Positions 39,001-50,810 of a DNA stretch of 64,000 nt are shown here, in pieces. The stretch comes from the human T2T-CHM13v2.0 reference genome, Homo sapiens. Both the position numbers and the translations under genes were made by a program. Location of the stretch: the NCBI RefSeq assembly GCF_009914755.1, contig NC_060934.1, one strand, 5' to 3'. The notes beneath the pieces were generated by a model. It was given only the letters and a program-made list of their open reading frames with translations. It made no database searches and had not been told where the DNA came from. Each line of letters opens with the position of its first letter. The stretch's first letter is position 1.

Positions 39001-39387
39001 GTCTTCAGGAGGCAATACTTAGCACTCCTCATAGCACTGGGTGCGGCACGGGGCAGGGCCTGGGGCAGGCGGTGCGTGGTGACACCTCTGGGCTGACGGC
39101 CTGTTCTGTGGATACAAACAGCGTGGAAGAGAAAGTGGCTTCAAATCAACACAACTCGGCTTCAAAAAGCAAATCCCTGGGATGCCCTCCTGCCTTCAGC
39201 CTGAAAACGGCCAGCGCGATGCTGCCGCTTCTGTGGTCCGTGCGGCCTGCCTTCTCCAGCGGGGTCAGGCGGGGCGGTCCTTGCCCCTGCAGCCCACCCC
39301 AGCTCCGGCAGTGCTGGGAACGCCAGCGGCTCCTCCGCCTTAGGAACCAGAGGTGGCTGCCTTTGTCCCTCATCATGCAGCCCAGAG

Positions 39388-39690
39388 CCAGGAGGTCTGT
39401 GTCCAGGGATGTTCCCTGTGTCCAGTTCAGGGCCAGGGGGTCTGTGCGGAGATGTTCCCTGTGTCCAGTTCAGAGCCGGGGGTTTGTGTCTGGAGATGTT
39501 CCCTGTGTCCAGTTCGGGGCCAGGGGGTCTGTGTGCGGAGATGTTCCCTGTGTCCAGTTCAGGGCCGGGGGGTGTGTGCGGAGATGTTCCCTGTGTCCAG
39601 TTTGGAGCCGGGGGTCTGTGTCCGGAGATGTTCCCTGTGTCCAGTTCAGAGCCGGGGGTCTGTGTCCAGGGACACTCCCCTCTGTCCAGT
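39388..39690. repeat. Minisatellite, ~42-44-bp unit, ~7 copies
   Basis: GGAGATGTTCCCTGTGTCCAGTTC(A/G)G(A/G)GCC(A/G)GGGG recurring. Confidence 0.92.
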
Positions 39691-39924
39691 GTGAGGCGCG
39701 TGGGCCGGCTGGAGGTCCCTCCCCGAAGGTCTGTCTCACAGCTGTGGGTGCCGCAGCACTGGGACCAGGCTGCACCCACCGGTCTGGGCCTCAGGTTCTG
39801 AGGGCTGCTGCTGGTGCCTGGGCCAGGGAAAGGCACGGTGGGAGCTGGTCTCCGGCTCAGAGATGCCCAGCTGCTGGCTCAGGCTGGGCCGCAGGAGCCT
39901 GCTGTTCCTGCATCCGCCTGTGGT

Positions 39925-41803
39925 GTTAGCGTGTGTGATGTGTTAGCATGTGTGATGTGTGTTAGTGGGTGTGGTGTGTGTTGGTGGGTGTGGTGTGTGT
40001 TGGTGTGGTGTGTTAGTATGTGTGATGTGTTTTGGCATGTGTGATGTGTTAGTGTGTGATGTGTTAATGTGTTACCTGTTAGCATGTGTGATGTGTGTTT
40101 GTGTGATGTGTGTTAGCGTGTGTGATGTGTGCTTGTGTGATGTGTTTTCGTGTGTGTGATTGTTAGTGTGTGTGATGTGTGCTTGTGTGATGTGTTTTAG
40201 CACGTGTGATGTGTGTTAGTGTGTGATGTGTGTGTTAGTGTGTGATGTGTGTTAGCGTGTGTGATGTGTGCTTGTGTGATGTGTTAGTGTGTGTGATGTG
40301 TGCTTGTGATGTGTTTTAGCACGTGTGATGTGTGTTAGTGTGTGATGTGTGTGTTAGTGTGTGATGTGTGTTAGCGTGTGTGATGTGTGCTTGTGTGATG
40401 TGTTTTCGTGTGTGTGATGTTAGTGTGTGTGATGTGTGCTTGTGTGATGTGTTTTAGCACGTGTGATGTGTGTTAGTGTGTGATGTGTGTGTTAGTGTGT
40501 GATGTGTGTTAGCGTGTGTGATGTGTGCTTGTGTGATGTGTTTTCGTGTGTGTGATGTGTGCTTGTGTGATGTTTTAGCACGTGTGATGTGTGTTAGTGT
40601 GTGATGTGTGTTAGCATGTGTGATGTGTGCTTGTGTGATGTGTTTTTGTGTGTGTGATGTGTTAGTGTGTGTGATGTGTGCTTGTGTGATGTGTTTTAGC
40701 ACGTGTGATGTGTGTTAGTGTGTGATGTGTATGTTAGTGTGTGATGTGTGTTAGCGTGTGTGATGTGTGCTTGTGTGATGTGTTTTAGCACGTGTGATGT
40801 GTGTGTTAGTGTGTGATGTGTTAGCGTGTGTGATGTGTGCTTGTGTGATGTGTTTTTGTGTGTGTGATGTGTTAGTGTGTGTGATGTGTGCTTGTGTGAT
40901 GTGTTTTAGCACGTGTGATGTGTGCTTGTGTGATGTGTGTTAGTGTGTGATGTGTGTTAGCGTGTGTGATGTGTGCTTGTGTGTGTGTGTTAGTGTGTGT
41001 GTGTTAGTGTGTGTGATGTGTGTTTGTGTGATGTGTGTTAGCGTGTGTGATGTGTGCTTGTGTGATGTGTTTTTGTGTGTGTGATGTGTGCTTGTGTGAT
41101 GTGTTTTAGCACGTGTGATGTGTGTTAGTGTGTGATGTGTGTTAGCGTGTGTGATGTGTGCTTGTGTGATGTGTTTTTGTGTGTGTGATGTGTTAGTGTG
41201 TGTGATGTGTGCTTGTGTGATGTTTTCGTGTGTGTGATGTGTTAGTGTGTGTGATGTGTGCTTGTGTGATGTGTTTTAGCACGTGTGATGTGTGTTAGTG
41301 TGTGATGTGTGTTAGTGTGTGATGTGTGCTTGTGTGATGTGTTTTTGTGTGTGTGATGTGTTAGTGTGTGTGATGTGTGTTTGTGTGATGTGTGTTAGCG
41401 TGTGTGATGTGTGCTTGTGTGATGTGTTTTTGTGTGTGTGATGTGTTAGTGTGTGTGATGTGTGCTTGTGTGACGTGTTTTAGCACGTGTGATGTGTGTT
41501 AGTGTGTGATGTGTGTTAGTGTGTGATGTGTGTTAGCGTGTGTGATGTGTGCTTGTGTGATGTGTTTTTGTGTGTGTGATGTGTTAGTGTGTGTGATGTG
41601 TGCTTGTGTGATGTGTTTTCGTGTGTGTGATGTGTTAGTGTGTGTGATGTGTGCTTGTGTGATGTGTTTTAGCACGTGTGATGTGTGTTAGTGTGTGATG
41701 TGTGTTAGTGTGTGATGTGTGTTAGCGTGCGTGATGTGTGCTTGTGTGATGTGTTTTCGTGTGTGATGTGTGTTAGTGTGCAATGTGTTAGCGTGCGTGA
41801 TGT
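39925..41803. repeat. ~1.9-kb TG-rich complex satellite-like array
   Basis: Modules TGTGATGTGTGCT, TGTGATGTGTTTTAGCACG and TGTGATGTGTGTTAG(T/C)G recur in ordered blocks. Confidence 0.97.
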
Positions 41804-42362
41804 CTCACTGCTGTTCAAGTGGACATTAGCATTGTCAGGTGGCCTCTGCAGTGTGGGGGTTCCTCTGGTCTGAGCTTGGCAGCCCCTTACCTCAGAGTCC
41901 AGGCCTCCTGTGTGTCCTCCAGAGATAGTTCTCATGGCAGCACTGGCTGCCCGAGCCCCCAGAGATGCACTGGGCCCAGCCGCCATCTTCACAAATGGTG
42001 AACCTCTCCCTTCAAACCACACTGTAGGCACAGGCAGCTGCTGCAAGGCTGAGTCTCTGTGGAATCCCTTCCTCTCCGAAGGGGCCTGTGAACCGTGACC
42101 GAGGGCAGTGAGGAGGGATCTGGAGAATCTCAGGGCGCGAGGACACTGGCGGGGCAAGTACGGGGGCAAACCTGCAGGGGCAGCTGCCAGGAGCCAAAAT
42201 CAGGGTCAACCTTTCCGTGAGGTGCTTTTGTGCAAACTGATGTTTAGCTCCTGACTTAAGTAAAAAACATCCTTACGTCTTAGGTACATTTGTAAAACCT
42301 GGGTTTTATATGTGATGGAAATAATGTACCATCAGTATTGCAGCGTTGCTAAAACAGGGCAA

Positions 42363-42548
42363 GGTTTTCTATTATGGGGTGACCCTGGGGTCTTCTATTA
42401 TCAGGGTGACCCTGGGTCTTCTATTATCGGGGTGACCCTGGGGTTTTCTATTATCGGGGTGACCCTGGGGTTTTCTATTATGGGGTGGCCCTGGGGTCTT
42501 CTATTATGGGGTGGCCCTGGGGTTTTCTATTATCGAGGTGACCCTGGC
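42363..42548. repeat. Minisatellite, ~26-28-bp unit, ~7 copies
   Basis: TTCTATTAT(C)GGGGTG(A/G)CCCTGGGG repeated. Confidence 0.92.
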
Positions 42549-42574
42549 TCCCGTGGCAAATGCTGTCCCCAGTA

Positions 42575-43330
42575 GCACGTGGGGCTCTTCAGCTTATCTG
42601 AGTGCCGCGTCTCCATGGGCGGCAATTTCTCGGAGGCCTGGCACGGCGGCACCGGAAGCGGGTACTGGTGCCCTAAGGAGCGGGAGGGTCAACGTCCGGG
42701 GCCTGCCCTGCACTCGCCGAGGTGATGGGTTGGTTAGAGGAGCCACAGTTCCTCTCCGTGCACTCACGTGAATTACGCGCGGTGACTCAGCAGCCCCATG
42801 ACGTCATGGCTCTGAGCGAGCGGCCGAGCGTCGGTGCCCCAGTCCAGCCCTTGCTGTTCCTTCACACTCACGTTTCCAAGCTGAAAACGCGAGGGGCTCA
42901 AAACTGGAAAGGAAAACAGCGTGGTCGGCCTCTCGTTCCTGCGACGCGTTCTGTGGGTGATGGAAAGATGGGGGAGGAGGAGGGACCACCCAGGGTGCCC
43001 CCCGCCGACCGTTACCCGCCCTTTGCCCCAAGGCTGTCTTTGAGGTCGGTCTTTCTGGGGCTGTGGCCCAAATGAAGTCAAGAGACAGCATCGGGCGTTG
43101 ACTGTCCCCTCGTGTGGGCCGGGCACCGACCCTGCCTGGGGTTGCTGGGCACCAGCGCTCGTCACAATAAAAAACCCACAGTGAAGATGGGTCAGGGGTT
43201 TGCACTGCGCCAGGTCTGCTCATCCCCAAAGCCACGGTTTTCCCATCGCAGGTGGTCTGGAAGCACCAGACGGCGCGCGTGTGGGGTGGCCAGCGACGGG
43301 CTGCCACGGAGGTGTGCGACCTGCAGGCCA
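42575..43330. promoter_or_regulatory. CpG island-like region with an E-box / ARE-AP-1 / CRE motif cluster (candidate enhancer or promoter)
   Basis: High CpG; TCACGTGA 42764-42771, GTGACTCAGCA 42782-42792, CCATGACGTCATGG 42796-42809. Confidence 0.7.
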
Positions 43331-43541
43331 CAGACATTCCCAGAGAGCCCCTGCGTGCAAAACATGGACACACAGATGTTTGTGAAGCTCTGGGATGGCG
43401 TTTAGCAGGAGGAATAACGGGGTCTTCAGAGAATCAACAAAATAAATGTAGCACCTGTTGGGTTATTGAAACCAGTTGTTATTAGGAAGGGATCTGGGGC
43501 AATTGATGAAGAAACAGGAAGACGACAAAACTCAAGGTCCA

Positions 43542-43640
43542 AGAATGAGGAAGCCGAGGAAGAATGAGGAAGCCGAGGAAGAATGAGGAAGCCGAGGAAG
43601 AATGAGGAAGCCGAGGAAGAATGAGGAAGCCGAGGAAGAA
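43542..43640. repeat. Purine-rich minisatellite, 19-bp unit, 5 copies
   Basis: AGAATGAGGAAGCCGAGGA repeated. Confidence 0.93.
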
Positions 43641-46600
43641 AGCAGCCGCCGTGTGGAGCCGCCCAGAGACTGGCACTCACCTGTGTCACTGTGCGGGGAG
43701 GGCAGGGTCTCGCCAGCAGCCGGTGGCACATGCGGGCGGCACGGGGGCTGCGTGGTGGCCTCTGTGATGTCACCTGGCAGAGGTGCCTGAGCTGGGCCCG
43801 GCGTGGAGGGCATAGGCCTCACTCTCTGACTGCCTGACAGTCCCTACAGTGAGCGGGACCCCCTTATTAAGGCTGTGGGGCAGAGTGGGGTGACAGGTGT
43901 TGAGGGGTGGGGCCCAGCCCCGGGCACCCGCATGTTCCTCTCTGCCCCTGGGAGAAGTGTTGAGAGACGGAGCTCGGGATCAGCTGGCATATCCACCATG
44001 TTCCAGGGTCGACCAGGGAGCACAGAGCCCTGAACATCCCTTCAACAGCGCGCCACACGCTCCTGGCACAAACTCCAGACCACGGCACAGCACCCAGATG
44101 GCTGCAGCCACGCAGGTGACACAGGGTCCAGAAACCTTGACAAAAAAGATACTTCGGGGCATTGGGATGTGTGAGGCTCAGGTGGGAGGAGAAGGCTCCA
44201 GCCCTCACCACGCTTGGCCCTGCCTCCAGCAAGGACCCCCACCCCAGGGCTCCAGGCCTCGGGCTGCTGCCTGTCTGATGTGAGCGTCCTCACCCTGTCC
44301 AGAAACCCACAACTGCCAGGACCGTGGGGTGACAGCCACGGTGGGCTCTGCAGGCCCCTCTGGTCTAAGACACCAGGAGGCCACATCCAGCAACCAAGGC
44401 CACCCGGCAGGACACGTCAGGATGGAGGTGCAGTGAAGACTGCGGTGGACGCCTCCAGAGGTTCCCACTTGGCTTCCAGTGGAGCCTCTGCCAAACCCGG
44501 CCTGTGCAAGGGCAGAGACAAGGCCCAGCAGGGCTCGAGCAGGCCCAAACGCACGACGCAGCTGCTGTGCCTGGGTCTGAGCTGCACCCACAGGTGACGT
44601 GAGGGGCGCCTAGGAGGCGGGGGAGGCACGGGGCCGGGAAGGCTCGGGGGTCCCAGAGCTCTCAGTATGCACCATGCCCGGGCAGCCTGGTTAGTCAGGG
44701 TCACTGTGGCGGGGAAGTCGGGAGCCAAGAGGCAGCTCAGCTGCAGGTGGCTCAAGACAGCAAGGGCTGCAGGGGGACCAGGAGTTTCAGGCAGCCAATG
44801 GTGCTGGCGGCAGGGCCGGGATGGAGCAGGGCGGGTCCCCGAGGCCTGCTGGTTGGGTCAGCCTTCCGAGGCCACTGCTGGGCATGAGACAGAAGAGATG
44901 GCATGGCTGATGTGATGGATGGGGGCCCGACACTCTAGCCCCAGCCCCTCCCTGGCTTCTGGGAGGCCCGGGCTGCCTCTGGGCAGGAAGAGATGCTGCT
45001 CCCTGCAGGCCAGGCCGGCTCCGGTGGAAGGAAGTCCTGGGCGTCCGCTGCAGGCCAAGGCCTCTCCTGTGCACCTGCCCTCACTGCGGCTGGCAGGGAC
45101 GGACGTGTCCGGAGGCCTCTCCTGTGCACCTGCCCTCACTGCGGCTGGCAGGGACGGACATGTCCGGGCCGCAGGGTGAATCCTCCACGCTTTTCCTTGT
45201 CTCTGTTGCAGTTTTCCTGGCGTCTTGTCCTCTGGATGGGCCTCTGGATGAACATAAACTCCAGGGAAGCTGCATAGAATATGCAGCTCTTCTTTAACGC
45301 TCCCTAGAGGAAGAAAGCCCCTCAGCCGGAAGTATTGTTGACGTCGCCGCCACTACTAATGAAATATTTACTGAAAAGCCAAAGCGAAACATTTTTCTAG
45401 TTAATTAAAACAGTGCATCTTTCAAGCAAGCTCCCTCGAGGGGCCAGGCTCGGACGGACCCAGCGGGCAGGCAACCCGAGGTGCTCCTGAGTGGGGTCTC
45501 GACTGGGAAGGGGGCGCCCAGGACGCAGGTGGGGTTCCTGCCACACGACACTGAGGGGTGGGGGGACAGACGCTGCAGAGACCCTGCGAAAGGCCCCTCC
45601 CGATGGGTAAACTCACACTTGGTACACGCTGGCAGGGGCATCTGGGCCTGCACTCTGGAATTGGTGGTGGTCCTGGGAAGGTTTTTTGGGCCAGGGACAA
45701 GAGTACTTGGGTTTGCTTTCTGGAAAAATGAAAAAAGAGAAGTTTCTGTGTTCTCTCAGCTGTGTTAAACGCTGGCAGAAGTTGCCTCTCGGACCCTCCG
45801 CAGGGCTATGACAGGCTGGAGAAGTGGGGGCTCGGGAGGGAGCTCAAACAGCCTGCAGACTCCGCCGCAGAGTCCGCACCCCTGGAAGGAGGCGTCGGGG
45901 AAGGCACTGCACCCACGCATGGCTTCGAGGGCAGGAGGCAGGTTGCACAGCGGGGGTCACAGGCTCCTCTGTCCCAGGTGGGACTGGGCGATCCCAGACA
46001 CGTGTGCTGTGGCCTCTGGGCCTCATGCGGAGAGCAGATGCCAGGGCCTGCAACTCTGACCTCTGAGCACACAGGCCGGCCTCAGGGAAGGGTTGTTCTG
46101 GCTGTGGGAACCTGAACTCGAAATGGCCTCCGTTCGCTGCAGACACTGCCCGCCTGCACCGGGGACTCAGCCCAGGCAGCTCTGCACACACCTCAGCACC
46201 ACCCACCCTCAGGCCTCAGCCGCGCTACCCAGCAGGCGCTTTTGCCCAGAACGCCTGCTCAGAACACCGTGAGCCACTGCCCGGCGCTGAGCCGGGGCCT
46301 CCGGAACGTGAACCAAGCGGCTGCAGCCCAGGCCCAGAGCCACCGGCATCGCCCCATGGCAGCTGCAGGACCTGGAGTGGGCAGGGTCCAGGCCAGGGAG
46401 CGGGGTAGCCCTCACCCAGGAACTCTGCCCCGGGGGGTCTCTTCCTAAAAGTGCTGGAGTTGATGGATCTGGTTAGAGCACCAGAGCCCAGCCCATGGCT
46501 CTCCAGGAGTCTGGGGCCCTCAGTGAGGTGTGTCGATGGGGACTAGGAACTGGGGAGAGTCAGGTGGAAGGGAATGTTCCAGAATGCCTATTTGAGAGAC

Positions 46601-46974
46601 TCAGAACAAACGTGTTTCTTGTCCTTTGTGCCGTGGCCGGGCATCGTGGAGAAGCTGCATCCAGGGCGGGCCCAGCCAGGCAGCGCCTGCCTCCCCACTG
46701 CCAGCCCCTGAGATGGTCTCATCCGCTGGGCGAGCAGGCCAGGGCTGCCCGTCTCCACCTTTGTGCTGGACCATTTACAATCAAAGCGCAGCATCGAGAT
46801 ACCCAGGAAAGAGCCAGGAACAGGCCAGGAAGCTGCTGCCCCACCACTGACCCCACCGCTCTCCTTCCCTCCTTCCTTCCCGCTGGGCTGGGCACAGGTG
46901 GAGCTCACCGTCGTCCCCCTTCATCCCTTGGCCCCTCCAAGGCTCAAGGACTGGAGGCCGACTGGGCAGCAGAC

Positions 46975-47238
46975 ATGTCACCATCACCATGCTCCCCGTC
47001 ACCACGCTCCCTGTCGCCATGGTCACTGTCACCATGCTCCCTGTCGCCATGCTCCCCCTCGCCACGCTCCCTCTCGCCACGCTCCCCGTCGCCACGGTCC
47101 CCGTCGCCACGCTCCCCGTCGCCACGGTCCCCGTCGCCACGCTCCCCGTCGCCACGGTCCCCGTCGCCACGCTCCCCGTCGCCACGCTCCCCGTCGCCAC
47201 GCTCCCCATCGCCACAGTCCCTGTCGCCACGCTCCCTG
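46975..47238. repeat. Minisatellite, 15-bp unit, ~17 copies
   Basis: CCCCGTCGCCACG(C/G)T repeated, degenerating towards the left. Confidence 0.93.
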
Positions 47239-47477
47239 CGGGTCTCCCCATCCCCCGTGCAGCTGAGGGGGCCGCATGCGGTTCTCTGAGTCTTTGGAAT
47301 GTGCAGGCACCTGTGAGGCAGCGCCACCTTGGAAAAATTTGCACGGTTCTGGCCGGGGCTGCCAGCCTCCAAGGACACCTTGAGCCTGGCAAGGAGGGGT
47401 CCAACCATTTCTCATGTATGGCCACACACCACTTCCGTTCACAGAGACCCCAGCCACTCCGGGCGCCAGGTGCTGAC

Positions 47478-48422
47478 GTGCCACGTGGGCATCTAGTAGA
47501 CACGGATGCCGCATGGGGGTCTGGTAGACACGGATGCCGCATGGCGTCTGGTAGACACGGATGCCACATGGGCATCTGGTAGACACGGATGCCACATGGG
47601 CATCTGGTAGACACGGATGCCATATGGGGGTCTAGTAGACACGGATGCCACATGGCATCTGGTAGACACGGATGCCGCATGGGGGTCTGGTAGACACGGA
47701 TGCCGCATGGGCGTCTGGTAGACACGGATGCCACATGGGCGTCTGGTAGACACGGATGCCACATGGGCGTCTGGTAGACACGGATGCCATATGGGGGTCT
47801 AATGGACACAGATGCCACATGGGCGTCTGGTAGACACGGATGCCACATGGGCGTCTGGTAGACACGGATGCCACATGGGCGTCTGGTAGACACGGATGCC
47901 GCATGGGCGTCTGGTAGACACGGATGCCGCATGGGCGTCTGGTAGACACGGATGCCGCATGGGCGTCTGGTAGACACGGATGCCGCATGGGCGTCTGGTA
48001 GACACGGATGCCGCATGGGCGTCTGGTAGACACGGATGCCATATGGGGGTCTAATGGACACAGATGCCATATGGGTGTCTGGTAGACACGGATGCCACAT
48101 GGGCGTCTGGTAGACACGGATGCCATATGGGCGTCTGGTAGACACGGATGCCACATACGGCGTCTGGTAGACACGGATGCCACATGGGCGTCTGGTAGAC
48201 ACGGATGCCACATGGGCGTCTGGTAGACACGGATGCCACATGGGCGTCTGGTAGACACGGATGCCATATGGGGGTCTAATGGACACAGATGCCATATGGG
48301 TGTCTGGTAGACACGGATGCCACATGGGCGTCTGGTAGACACGGATGCCATATGGGCGTCTGGTAGACACGGATGCCACATGGGCGTCTGGTAGACACGG
48401 ATGCCACATACGGGTCTAGTAG
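47478..48422. repeat. Minisatellite, 28-bp unit, ~33 copies
   Basis: CATGGGCGTCTGGTAGACACGGATGCC(A/G); variant unit GGGGGTCTAATGGACACAG occurs three times. Confidence 0.97.
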
Positions 48423-50679
48423 GACAGCGGGACCCGCAGGGAGCGTGGTGACAGAGACCGTGGTGACCGGGACCGTGTGCAGGGACCTGCCCTCCTGCTG
48501 CTGCATAAACGTTCGGGGGTTGGGGGGCTCCAGAACGGGGGCACCAGGTGCTCAGGAAGACCCGGCGGAGCCTTCGCCTCCCAGGCCCAGGGGCTGTCCT
48601 CTTTGTCAGCCGGGGGTCATCACAGCCAGGGGGCTCTCCCCCGCCAGAGCCAGAGTCCAGAACGTGCTCCAGAAGCCGCGACATGTCTGGTGCCCCGGGA
48701 CTGTCTCTGGTGTCCGCAGCTCTCGTTTGGGGAGAAAAGGATTTCTCTGCTGAATGCTCTTCCCCCACATTAAAATCCAGGTTGTTGATCTGATTCTTAG
48801 CACCATGATTTTATACACTGTGTTTTCTTAAAAGAGAAAAAAGGGATTTTTGTATCCTGAAAAAAAGCATCATCTTGCTTTTGTAAAATCTATAAAAGAG
48901 CCTGTGATTTCTTTTTTGTTCCGCATGGTTTATTGAGCTATGAGGCTGGAGTTTCTTTCTGACAGTTTAATATCGAGTGACAGCCGAGGCTGCCTCTGAG
49001 AGATGCTCTTTCTGAACAAATGAAAAAATACACTTTTCCAGATTTAGATAAAGGTGAAGGTTGTTTGGGGTTTGAAATGTTTTCCTTTTCATGCAGCATA
49101 AACATGCATCAGGCACACATCCCTGAGACTCTTTCCGGCACCTTCCGCGCTGGGCGTCTGCTGCCTTCGGAGCTGGTTTGCAGGCGGGGCCCTTGGGATG
49201 TGGGTACCTGCCTCGCACTCTGTGCAGCTGGTGTCCTGGCTCCTGGAGTGGCGGTGGCATCCTCGTGGGGATGGGGGTGGCTGGCGAGTGGCCGTCGGAT
49301 GCACCCCTGCCTCACACAGCCACAGGCTGGAGGGAAGGACCCGAGCGGGACATGGCCTAGGTGGAGCTGGGGCCTCTCCTGTGGTGCGTTGGGCGGGGGG
49401 TGGGGAGGCTCCACGCACCTCCCTAAGGGCAGCTGTGACATTTGTGTCCAGGATAAAGGCAAAGTCCACCATGGCGAAGACGCTGCCCTCCCAGTAGCAG
49501 GCAACATAGGCCAGAAACAGGGGTCCCTCATCCTCAGAAGGGCTGGGGTTGCCCCCTTCCTGGGCCAGCCAGTGGGGGACCCTGTGCTCCAAGCCGCTAA
49601 CAGCATGTGCGCTGCTGGAGATACCCGGGTTGAAGTTCATCCTCAGACACAGCTGCATGTTGGGAGCACCCGTCCCTTCGTGCCCACAGTGGCTGGAGAC
49701 GCGGCTGTTCCAGAGGGCATCCAGTCTGAATTCATGTCCGCCCATGCCCGCCCCCAGCTACTTCCAGAGGCATTTGAAGGGAGGACCTGTGCCCTGCACA
49801 GCTGCTTCTCAAAGGGGTGCCAGCACCTGTCCATGCGTCACTAACCCAAGCTCCATGCCGGGCACAGGCTGGGCGTCAGAGCCACCGAAACACCAACCTC
49901 TGCCCCAAGTCACTGGGCGGGCGCCTGACATCGACATGCAGGCTGTACCCCCCGCGCAGGGCACAGGGATCCCAGGGCCTTCAGAAGAGCCAGAGTCTAG
50001 AACCGGTGAAAGTGAGGGCTCTGCCACAGCTGGTGGGGGTCTTGGGCAAAGCACAGAACCTTCCAGAACTCAGCATCTCCATCTGCAAGTGAGGAGCTGG
50101 GCTGGGACCCCTAACTGCACCCAACTCTGGTCTCTGAAATTCTAGGTCCAGTTGCCTGCTTTGGGAAGCGCTGTCTGTAGGCCGGGGCCACCGCCTTGCA
50201 GTCCAGTCCAACACCCAAGGACCCGAGTCGCTGGGGTGGGCGCCGGCTGTGGGGCAGAGACGCGGCGCTGCGTGTGAGAAGCTGCTGCCTCCCCAGCGGG
50301 ATCCCCAGCTCTGCCCGCGCCCTCGTAGGTGATCACTCGACCAATCATGTCCTGAGCAGCACCAGATGGGCTGGGCCACTCACACAGCCACAGACCAGTG
50401 GCCCAGACCACCTGAGGTCCAGCCCGAGCCAGTGAAGTCAGGGCCTCCCCTCACCCCAAGATCCAGGGATCCCGCCTGCCCCCCATCCAGCCAGGCACCA
50501 GGGTGCGGATTCACGCCTCCTGACACAGCCCCTCAGACCGCGGGTGGAAGCCTCTCTGTCCTTTCCTGCCGTGTGGGCAGAAGTCATCACCGCCCTGACA
50601 GGACAAAGGAGAGAATGGGGCTCTCGGCGGGACTGCCACCCTTCTGCCCGAAGGGACAGCCACCTTCCCCCTCAAGAGA

Positions 50680-50810
50680 CGGCGACCTTCTCCCCCAGGG
50701 GACGGCCACCTTCTCCCCCAAGGGACGGCCGCCTTCCCCCCCAGGGGACGGCCGCCTTCTCCCCCAGGGGACGGCCACCTTCTCCCCCAGGGGACGGCCG
50801 CCTTCTCCCC
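50680..50810. repeat. Minisatellite, ~23-bp unit, ~5.5 copies
   Basis: GGGACGGCC(A/G)CCTTCTCCCCCAG repeated. Confidence 0.9.

Noticed and set aside
37337-39929. 304-aa and 343-aa plus-strand ORFs
   Set aside because: No recognisable protein family; composition typical of random GC-rich frames, and partly made of tandem repeats.
46495-47289. 264-aa ORF with (SPRSP)n resembling a phospho-repeat domain
   Set aside because: The repeat comes from a 15-bp VNTR open in several frames, and the N-terminal part is non-descript GC-rich sequence.
47478-48422. CRISPR-like 28-bp semi-palindromic repeats
   Set aside because: Head-to-tail units with no unique spacers, no cas genes, and primate DNA.
46781-48768. 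542-aa and 378-aa minus-strand ORFs
   Set aside because: Translations of the 28-bp and 15-bp VNTRs; periodic, no domain, no gene context.
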